Assembly (NCBI RefSeq): GCF_006345805.1
Contig: NC_043015.1
Location: 25,606,001-25,670,000, forward strand
From: Octopus sinensis
Lineage: Eukaryota
DNA: 64,000 bases
Reading direction: 5' to 3'
The notes beneath the pieces were generated by a model. The model did no database searches, was not told where the DNA came from, and worked only from the letters and a program-made list of their open reading frames with translations. Positions 54,250 to 64,000 of this stretch are shown piece after piece. How positions within the stretch are numbered: the first letter of the stretch is position 1; each line of letters begins with the position of its first letter. A program made the translations under genes and the position numbers.

Positions 54250-54925
54250 AACTTTTTCTCCTTTCTGGTCCTGAGATTGGTATTTAGGCAGCGTGTTACA
54301 TATCCCAGGGCCCCAATAATTACAGGCATAAACCTTCTAATCTGGATAGACTTCTCAACAGTTCAGTATAGGTGTTCTCTTTCTCATTGATCTTCAGATT
54401 TAAGTTAACATCCACCTGGTAGCTAATTCCCACAACTGTGCACAGTATCTCTTCATCCCAAATCATTATCTTAGGTCCGTTGTGCTTACATTTTATTGAG
54501 GTCTTCACTGGGACATTCCGCCAGTATTCCTTTTTATTATGAATGGCTATGGCTTCTACCATATTGTGGATTCTTATTTCTTTGTCCTCGGTATTATCTT
54601 TCTGACGGATTTCATTATAGTGTTCGAGCTACAACATCATGTCTCGTCAGTAGATAATACCATAATGAGATTTTCGGACAACTTCTTATGATGTGGGTAA
54701 TATCTTCAGTGTGAACTCCACAATGTCTGCATCGGTTGTCACATTTTACGGCTTTTCCTGCATCTCTATCCCTGTTGTGCATCAGGTATTTGTTTTGATA
54801 TTTCCTTTTCATGGATTGCAAACGCAAACCCTTCAAAGTGGAAAGTAGTAATCTGGCTATTGATCTATGATAAACTGCTTCTAGTAACATATCTATGCAT
54901 AGTTTTCTGCGCATATAGTTTCATC
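54250..54925 (-). mobile_element. Decayed RLE retrotransposon fragment, third subfamily
   Basis: CRHCGVHTEDITHIIRSC (CCHC), TRHDVVA, KHNGPKIMIWD (cf. HNRPDI) and PVIIGALG. Confidence 0.7.
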
Positions 54926-55355
54926 CTTTCATCTGATGAAACGTTGCGGTAGAGTCGTGCGACTTCTTTGGGCATGTATTATAGGTTATCAGACAAGGAA
55001 TGTTGCTCAAAGTCTTTCCAAGTCTTATGATGTTATCAGCCTCATGTATACATACTTAGTGAAGGGATGTGTGTGTTTATGTGTGTGCGCGCGTGTACAC
55101 GGAACACACATGCATGTGTCAGTATATTTCTATGTATGTATATAGAAAGAGACACAAAGATAGATGTGTGAGTAAACTTTAGCTATTGCATTTACATTAT
55201 TTATTTCGTAAGTATAGGCAATTAATTATTTTGATTAATTATCTAATTTGTCTGAGGAACTACTGTCTGTTTAGCTGCCCACGTTACTGTTACAAGTGAT
55301 TTATGTGATTGTTGTTATTGTTATCGTCATTATTATTATTATTATTAAAAATATT

Positions 55356-58300
55356 CAGTAGTTTTATTTTTATAGCGTGCTTTCACTTCACTACCGAGCG
55401 CAGCTCTGTGTGCCTTACGTATGTGCAGTGATTTGTTGTGATGCTCTGATGGTTATTGTATGGAAAGTGTTCTGCGTAGGATGTGTGCAGTGCCTAGTAG
55501 TGCACTTTTCTGTGTGTTATATGTGTTTGTAAGTCCTGGTGTTTTTGTTATGTATTTGTCTGAATATTTTTTATCATGCCTAATGCACCTACTATGATAG
55601 GAATTATTTCTGTTTTTAGATTCCACATTCTGGTTACCTCTATTTCCAGGTCTTTGTAGTTTGAGAGTTTCTCCATTTCTTTTAGAGACACGGTATTGAT
55701 ACATCAATTAGAAAGCACTTTTTTCTTCATGATTTCTGACAACTATATCTGGTCTGGTAGCCTTAATTTCTCTATCTGTGTGTATCGGCATATCCCAGAG
55801 TATGGTTGCTTTCTCGTTTTCTGTGACATTTTCTGGTGTGTGCATATACCATCTTTTTTCTGTTGTTATTCCATAATGTTGGCGTAGCTTCCAGTGTATG
55901 TAGGTTCCAACTCTGTCATGTCTGTGAACGTCCATCTCCACATATTCTGCAGTTACTTGTTATATTTCTTTTCATTACATGTTTTTGGTAATTTCTGGTG
56001 GGGAAGCTTTGATCTTGTGCTGCAATTAAAAATCCCTCTGTCTCTGCTTTGAGTCCTGAGCTTCTCAACCATTGCTGGGATTTTTCTTTGTCTATTTCTT
56101 TTGCGCTTAGTTTAGTCCAGTATTTACCATGAAGGGGCTTTTCTTGCCATCGTTTTATCATGGTTCGTTGCTGTTCTATTTTTAGTTTGGATTTCATTTG
56201 TTTTATAGTTTTTGTTGTTTCTTCATCTTCTTCTTCTTCTTCTTCTTCTTCTTCTTCTTCTTCTTCTTCTTCTTCTTCTTCTTCTTCTTCTTCTCCTTCT
56301 TCTTCTTCTTCTTCTTCTTCTTCTTCTTCTTCTTCTCCTCCTCCTCCTTCTTCTTCTTCTTCTTCTTCTTCTTTCTTCTTCTTCTTCTTCATATTTATTA
56401 GGTGGTATGATTTCTTGTTTGTATTGTCAGCTTCCTTAAATACTGAGAACAGTTTTTGTTTTGCTCGTGTTTTGCCGCTATTTGTATCAGTTTTCCTTCC
56501 TTCTGAAGTAGATATTTTTGCAGTCCTATGGTGGTTATTTTATAGTAGTTTTCCAGCTGTATAAGGTATCTACCACCTTCTATACGTTGTATATATAGTC
56601 TTTCTATGTCAGATTTTGGGTGATGCATCCTAGATCCTGTCATTATTTTTCTTGTTTTCCTATCTATTTTGGTCAGTTCATTTAGTGTCCAGTTAAGGAT
56701 ATTGTAGCTGTAACTTATAACTGGGACAGCTAAAGTGTTAATACCCATTATCTTGTTTTTAGCATTGAGCTCTATTTTTAGTATTGATCTAACTCGTCTA
56801 TAATATTCTTTTTTATTTTCTCTTTCATTTGTGTGTGTTGTGTCTTATCTAGTTCATGGATTCCTAAGTATTTGTAAGTTTGGCTTTGGTCTAGTTCTTT
56901 TATTTCATTGGTTTTATCTAGTGTGATGTTGCTACTCTTAACTAGTTTTCCTCTTTTCAGGGTTACTTTGGCGCATTTTTCTAATCCAAATTTCATATAT
57001 ATTTCTTTGGTAAATCCATGAACTGTCTTTCGTAGTGTTTCCAGCTGTTTGTCATTTGCAACGTATAGTTTTAGGTCATCCATATATAAAAGGTGGCTGA
57101 TCGTTTTGCCGTAACATTTATATCCGCATCCTGTTCTATTTAGCATATCAGATAGAGGTGACAGTGCCAAGCAGAAAAGGAGTGGAGAGAGCGTGTCTCC
57201 CTGGAATATTCCTCTTCTAATGGGGATGGCTTTGGTTTTCATGAGTCCCGTTTTTGTTTGGAGCTGTAGCACTGTTTGTCATTTATTCAGAGAGTGCCCG
57301 ATGAATTTTATAATTGTTGGTGCTACTTTGTTAATGGCTAGTGTTTCGAGGATCCATGTGTGGGGGATGCTATCAAACGCCTTTTTGTAGTCGATCCAGG
57401 CCATACTGAGGCCTTTCTTCTTTCTGTGGCTGTCTTCAGTTATGGCTTTATTAATCATTAGTTGATCTTTACAGCCATATGAGCCTTTGCGGCATCCTTT
57501 CTGCTCTTCTGGAAACAGGTTGTTTTCGTCCAGGTGCTTGTTCAACCTTTGCGATATCACTGCAGTAAATGCCTTGTACATGTTATTGGTCTGTAGTTTT
57601 CTGGTTTCGCTGTCTCATTTGATTTGGGAATTAAGATGGTTTTCCCCTTCGTGAGCCATTCAGGCATTGTCTCTGGCTCTGCTAGTATGTTGTTAAAGTT
57701 TTCAGCCAGCTTTTTGTGCATTCCTGTTAGATATTTCAACCAGAAGTTGTGGATCTTGTCATGCCCAGGTGTCTTCCAGTTGCTTAGTCTTTGCAGTGCC
57801 TGGGTGACCTCTTCAGTTGTTATGGGGGTCCAAAGTTGCTCAGATGCTGAGTTTGTTGTTTTAATACTCTTTCTTTTTGTTTGTTCGTTCGCCGGCCATA
57901 TTTCTCTCCAGAATTCTTCCGCTTCTTCTGCCGTTGGTGCTGCAGTGATTTCTATTTTATTTTTGCCAAGTTCTTGTTAGAACTTTTTGGGTTGGAGTTG
58001 AACTTTTTGTTTTGTTCAAAGACGCGCTGGCGTTTCTCGTACCGGCGGATCCTTTGTGCTTTGGCAAGGATATCTTGCTTCAGCTTTTCTTTTATCTCAG
58101 GTAAATCTTTTTCTGTGATGTTATATTTGCAGAGTATTTTTGTTGCTCAGTAGCGTTGATTGTCTACTGATTTCATTAAGGATCGACAGATCTTTTCTCA
58201 TTTTTTGTATTTTGTTTTGGATGTTATTTATCCACAGGATTTGTTTGGGTGGTGGTACTCCTGTTTGGATGGGTTTGAGTGACTATCCAGCTTCTTTTGT

Positions 58301-59145
58301 GGCTACAGTGGCTGCTGCGTATACTAAGTCATTTAGCTCAGTGATATCACTTTTTGTTTCAGTGGCTATTAGTTCCGTGACGGCTAAGTTTATGCTGTTT
58401 ATAATTGGTGTTGTTGTTTCGTCTATTTTGATTTTTGGGAGGTATGGTCGGTGGTCCATTTTGAGCTCAGTGGTTTTCAGTTCTTTGATTATTCTACTTT
58501 TTATATTATCATAATCATTAGGCTCCCTTTCGTTGTTTCCAGGTTTTAGATTTGTGTCGCTTTCTTTCTTATTTATATGTTTGTTTGCCGTGTTTTGGCT
58601 TGTTGTTTGTCGTGTATTATTATGCATCCTTACGGTCTGGTTTGTTGTTTTTTGTTTACATCGTGTTTGTTGGGAATGTTACGTTTGTCTTCGTGTTTTA
58701 CTGTTTCAGTGTTTATATTATCGGGCATTGTTGTGTGGCTTCTATCTACATTTTCCTGGTGTATTTTTTCTTTTAGATGTTCTATTTCTATTTCTAATAT
58801 TTTTTTTTTTTTGCGTTGAGAATGTATCTTCGTACGTTAGCTAGTTTATTAGGGTTCATTGCTGTATCCAAGTCTATATTTATGTTATTTTCCTTCCATA
58901 TTTTATATGTATGTGTTGTTGTGTTTTCATGTTTTGAGTAGAGCACTGCTGTGAAGTATGCGTGTAGGATAGAAATGTATTCCTCACGTGTCCATTTATG
59001 TCTTTTGGGTTTTATTTGCGGGACATGAGGAACAACGCCCGCCCCATTATTTTGACGGTCGTCATTTTCGTAGGGTACCGGTCCGTTCATTTCTGTTGTC
59101 ACATTGTTTTGCACGTGTAGTTTTTCGTACATTTTGTGTTGTAAG

Positions 59146-59148
<3 letters not shown>
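55356..59148 (-). mobile_element. Near-full-length R4/Dong-like RLE non-LTR retrotransposon, frameshifted
   Basis: N-terminal Myb-like KRHKWTREEYISILHAYF. RT motifs PGHDKIHNFWLKY, NYRPITC, EEQKGCRKG, AWIDYKKAFDSIPH, RGIFQGDTLSPLLFCLAL, HLLYMDDLKLY, YKYLGI. RLE motifs RHD, RPDIVV, QKSALLGTAHILRR. The 3' UTR matches the 28-29 kb copy closely. (TAA)n lies on both sides. Confidence 0.95.
56227..56390 (-). repeat. (GAA)n expansion inside the Dong-like ORF
   Basis: About 164 nt of GAA/GGA, versus 18 nt (gaagaacaagaagaagaa) at the homologous site 28181-28198. One extra base shifts the frame. Confidence 0.95.

Positions 59149-59242
<94 letters not shown>
59149..59242. repeat. (TTA/TAA)n microsatellite at the 5' junction of the Dong-like element
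   Basis: Direct reading, about 31 units. Confidence 0.95.
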
Positions 59243-59243
<1 letters not shown>

Positions 59244-59789
59244 GTTTGTAACACAGTGTAGGTAAAAGTGCACCGGAGTCTTTAGTCATCTGTCAAGTTA
59301 CAACAAAGACCTCAGACAGATAATACTTTCCTTAAGATGTGCGCTTTGTTTAATAAGGCTCCTTTTTGAACGACATCAATCTTGCATGGGATTTCAATTG
59401 TTAATATTATTATTTATATTATTATTCTCACCACTATTCTGTTTCTTCTTTCAATTTTGTTTCCATTTCTTGCCGGGTGTCTTCCCGACACCTAGGGCAA
59501 AGAAACCCACTGTTTATATTAGTAGACCACTAAAATCAACACACCAGACTTTCACTTACAATGTCAAGTTATGTGATAGAAAAATAAGAAAGAAAGAAAG
59601 AAAAAGGTTAAAATGAAAATAGAAAAAACGAAAATTAAACAGAAAACCAAGAAATTAAAGGGGAGAAAAAGATAGAAACTTCTCGGCGACAATGTTCTTT
59701 TCAATACGTGTGACGTACCAGTTGAAACAATCGTTTGCACTTCACGCATGGATGGTAAACAAGGGACCAACATCATCATCATTATTATT

Positions 59790-60345
59790 ATTTGATGAAA
59801 TCTCTCAGTTTATTTTGCTGGTTAAGCGTCAGCTGTCCACAGCCAGCAGACTAAGGTGACATTTGTTTACAGGTCATGCTTCAAGAGCCCAGCGAAGAAT
59901 TATTGCAGTTCCAAGCAATGCTGACTTTTGTCGGTGTTCTACCTTTACATAAATATGTATCAATCTTTTGAGAGCCATGTTGGTAGTCGAAAGCTGATAC
60001 TTCTAAGTCCACCAATTACTGTTGGTATCTTGTTTCCTCATTGACTACAACCTTCGTATTTCCCACTTCAAATCGCCATAGGTGTTCAGCTTTTCTTCCT
60101 TTTTCTTTGATCCTGGTGCCATTGGCACATTCTATGCCGATTATCATGCATGTTTTTCCTTTTTCTGATGTTTCGTCAGGTGATTGCACTGCATCATTGC
60201 ATCGCAGAGGATTTTGCAATTTTCATTCTCGGTGACTCCTCCTGGGGCATTCTCATAACGCGTCTTTGCTCTTTGTAGGCTGTGATTTCCACAGAGCTCT
60301 CAATGGATCATACTTGCTACATTGCCATGTCGTCTTTTGTATACG
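59790..60345 (-). mobile_element. Decayed RLE retrotransposon 3' fragment
   Basis: YKRRHGNVASMIH*EL (RHD region), KGKTCMIIGIECANGTRI and QKSALLGTAIILRWAL. The tail runs into (taa)/(tga) repeats at ~59771-59790. Confidence 0.65.
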
Positions 60346-60398
60346 TGTCGTGCCAATTTCGGGCATTCTCTAATGATGAACCATACAGTTTCACACAT

Positions 60399-61763
60399 CT
60401 CGACATAATTCAGTTACAAACATTTACCATTTGATCCCACCGTGGGGTTTCATACATTCTTTATTTGTTGCTGTCGGTAATGTTGTCATTATTTTATTAT
60501 TATTTACTTTTTATCACAGGTTTTGTTCGAACTCCTGGACTCTTGCATGCCTAGCGGGTTTGCTGCCTGCAGCCTACAGTACCATACTATCCATTCTTTT
60601 CAGCTATCCAGTACATTTTCAGCTATCAGTACATACATGTGCCAAGGAGACAAACCTTTTGTTACAGTTCTACTGGGTACTATTTCAATTTCCTTTATAT
60701 TCCTCTTGATGCCTTCTTAAAATGTCCTCAAGGATTCAATAATAATTGGCACTATCTTCACCTTCTTCATTTATCATAGCCGGGCTATTTCGTACTTAAA
60801 AGGGTTATGTTTATTTTTCGCCTTCCTTCTTGATAATTCGTGGGTCAAAAGGGCACGCAACATATTACTGACTAAGAGTAGTGCATGCAATCAAAATGAC
60901 ACTAAGGTACAAATATACGAACCCCAATATATGCATCATGACTACCTATCTGATTAGGGTATAGCAGACGCATGCATCACAACAATTTGTACGCGACATG
61001 GTGATCGCATATCAAGATATGGAATTTCATCAGTGCTCGTTCATCAAAAAAGAAGAAAAATGGTGTCCACATCCGTCTAATTATGCAGTGTTCCTTAAAG
61101 AGATGTCAGTAGATATATTCTGTAATATATTGTGTATATAACACTGAAATAGAACACCCAGAACGAACACTATTTATTAATATAAAGTATTTCTTATCCT
61201 AATGGTAAGTCAGTAACAGAATCATAGAGATCCCTGAGCAGCTACCAAAGATTACTGTTCTTTAAAAAGTCATTGGACTGAGAACCTCTTCAGTTGTTTC
61301 CACAGGTTTAGCCTCGTTTCAACACTAACTGAGCAGCCCTCTCATGAGTGGTATTTAAATCATGCCCATCATAACTTTTAATAAACAGAGACTACATTAT
61401 CCAGATTTTACCCCTAATTTTTATTTTTAAATCGTGATAGAATGGCGGTTGAGAGAAATTCTGTCCGCTATTTCAAGCAGATTAAATGTGCTTCTAAATA
61501 GCAGCTCACTTTCTTTCCTCCTCATCTCTACTCTAACAATGCAACATTTTCCTGGTAGAGATATTTGTATCTTAAAACTACAGGAGGGTGAGTCTGAACT
61601 TAATAAATGTAGATGCACTGCTACATTACTCATCACTCTTCATTCTTCACCTAAACAAACAACAAAGATAGTAACGGGTTTGTAGTAATGATAGGATATC
61701 GAAACTAAATACCTCGACATAATTCAGTTACAAACATTTACCATTTGATCCCACCGTGGGGTT
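60399..61763 (+). repeat. Exact 51-bp direct repeat (60399-60449 and 61713-61763)
   Basis: ctcgacataattcagttacaaacatttaccatttgatcccaccgtggggtt occurs twice with no mismatch. Confidence 0.92.
60490..60870 (-). mobile_element. 3' fragment of the same subfamily as 29300-30790
   Basis: The reverse complement aligns with 30460-30790 (ttaagtacgaaatagcc.ggctat...gaagatagtgccaattatt...taggctgcaggcagcaa...catgcaaga.tccaggag) and has an (AAT)-like tail. Confidence 0.8.
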
Positions 61764-62242
61764 AACATTCACATTAATCACTTTAGTGTCGATAAATACA
61801 TCTCAGAAATATACTGGATCCTTTCAATTGACTGTAGTCCTTTCTTGAATAAATTTCCCCAGAGACTCAGTTCAAAGAAGCCATTTGTACGAATATCTCT
61901 CACTACTTCCGTCGATAAGTCGTAACTCCGCAGGGGCAGCCATTTTGTTTTCGTATCAAACACAATTCAAATAATTTGGTAAATATTTCTGGCGTCCTCC
62001 TGCTGTTATTAGCTCATTGTATTGTATATAGGAATGATAAATAGCATAAATAGCAGTGGGAGTTTCTTCGTTGTTAAAGCAATCTGAATGTAGCCAGTAA
62101 AAACACATTTAACACTAAAATGAACTTCACAAGTCGTGCAGTGTGATTAACTTTTAAATGACGTTTATAAGTTATCTATCCAACAGAATTTCACTTATCT
62201 CATTCGGCAGCGCTACAAATAAATTAATATATATATATATAC

Positions 62243-62302
<60 letters not shown>

Positions 62303-62318
62303 ATATATACATATATAC

Positions 62319-62391
<73 letters not shown>

Positions 62392-62549
62392 GTATGTATA
62401 TATATATATGTATGTATATATATATATGCATATATATGTATACACATATATACGCACAATATATTTCACGCACATATATACACACATATCTATATAAGCA
62501 TGTATGTGTATATGTATGTATGCATCCATGTATGTATATCTTAATATAT

Positions 62550-62599
<50 letters not shown>

Positions 62600-62606
62600 T
62601 ATATAC

Positions 62607-62643
<37 letters not shown>

Positions 62644-63378
62644 ATATATACTTTATATATATATATATATTATATATATATATACTTTATATATATATAT
62701 ATATATATACATATATACACATTTTATATATATACGTTTGTATCTAGTGGAATATGATTGGACATGTATGGATGTGTGTGTGTCTATATATGTATATATA
62801 TATATGGGTGTGTATATACATGTATATTTGTGTGTGTGTATATATATCTATATACATATATATGCTGTAGATACATTCATCTCTTCAACAAGCCATTCAC
62901 CCATCACACATATATACAACCATGCATACATATATCCATACATAAATGCATAGAACTACCAAACCTACAAACAAAGTAAAAAATTTGCTCATTTTGAATG
63001 TGCCACAAGGAATTAAGTTAAGCTTCCTTCACACAACCGGTTGCACAGTTAAATGTAGAAGGATCACTTGTGAAGTTTTGATTGATTTCACTCTCTGCTA
63101 AATCTCTGGCTGACGTGTGATGATTCATTTCATAATGCCATCACGGCTTCATATATACATACATACATAGTATATATCTACATGTGTGAATAAAATGTAC
63201 ACACACACATGTATATATGTGTGTTGTGTATATATATATGCTATTGAGTCTCACACACTCCTGTCTACTTCACACACACACACATTCTCCTAAAGCTCAT
63301 ACTATCCCCTTCTCTTTCTCATCCTCTCTCTTTCTTTGTCGTTCATTCTCTCTGCCATCTGCCTTGTGTTTATGTGTT

Positions 63379-63420
<42 letters not shown>

Positions 63421-64000
63421 TATTTCCTATTAACACTTAACACTTTCTAAAAGTAATACAATCAACATCAATAACAAAAACACGAAATCCAGCGCTTGGG
63501 TCCCAATTACGGACATCCCCACCACCACCACCACGATGAGTTGTCATGTTCCCCAGCTTCTCATCTATTTCGTTCATTATTCGCGCCTCTTTTATTTCCT
63601 TATTCTTTCATCTCCCGAGACGTCCTCCTCCTCCTCCTCTTGCAAGTATCTTTACTCTTAGAGTTCCGCAACAAACTTCTTCTCCACACTCTTCCTCATT
63701 TATTAATGAAACGAAAAAAAAAACTTTATTCCATTGTCATCCGTAGATTTATCTGCAATCATCTTCTTCTTCCTTATTCTAATCGATATCTTCTCTTTAT
63801 GCTTCCCTCATCGTCGCCTTTATTTCCTTAATTGCAAATTGAACACGCTACTTACTCCATCATCATCATCATCATCATTATCATCATCATCATCGCCCCT
63901 CTCCCCCGCCACACACTGCCAGTGCATCGCCAACGCCAGCAGTACATTCACCATCTCCACCGATGCCATCATAACTACCAACAACCACTACAGGATAGCA

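Noticed and set aside
61935-61947. YY1-like/Kozak-like CAAAATGGCTGCC on the minus strand opening MAAPAELRLIDG...
   Set aside because: The ORF closes after 23 codons with no good donor. A single motif is not enough to call a promoter.

Overview
AT-rich, microsatellite-saturated animal genomic DNA, most likely intronic or intergenic octopus-type (coleoid cephalopod) DNA. That assignment is from my memory of the SINE families and the repeat style, not from a search. Most ORFs in the supplied track are translations of (TA)n, (CA)n, (TATG)n, (GA)n and (GATA)n repeats and are not genes. What I can support is mostly mobile DNA: (1) a near-full-length, recently inactivated RTE-clade LINE at 17.5-21.6 kb (+), with a second copy's 5' end at 1-150 (-); (2) a near-full-length R4/Dong-like RLE retrotransposon at 55.4-59.1 kb (-) plus six related fragments, stacked in two same-orientation clusters tied to (TAA)n repeats; (3) mariner/Tc1 remnants and MITEs; (4) Helitron remnants, including two non-autonomous copies with intact TC...CTAG ends; (5) a CR1/L2-like RT fragment; (6) three tRNA-derived SINE families; (7) two adjacent foldback elements. 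A possible host gene on the minus strand is suggested by one GC-rich terminal-exon candidate (9666-9920, ending ESYI*) and a 57-nt in-phase exon candidate (14850-14906), both uncertain. I see no prokaryotic, CRISPR, rRNA or true tRNA features, and I cannot claim a wholly new biological system. The best leads are the TAA-targeted retrotransposon stacks, the structured RTE 5' leader, microsatellite expansion inside mobile elements and the dense dsRNA-forming repeats.
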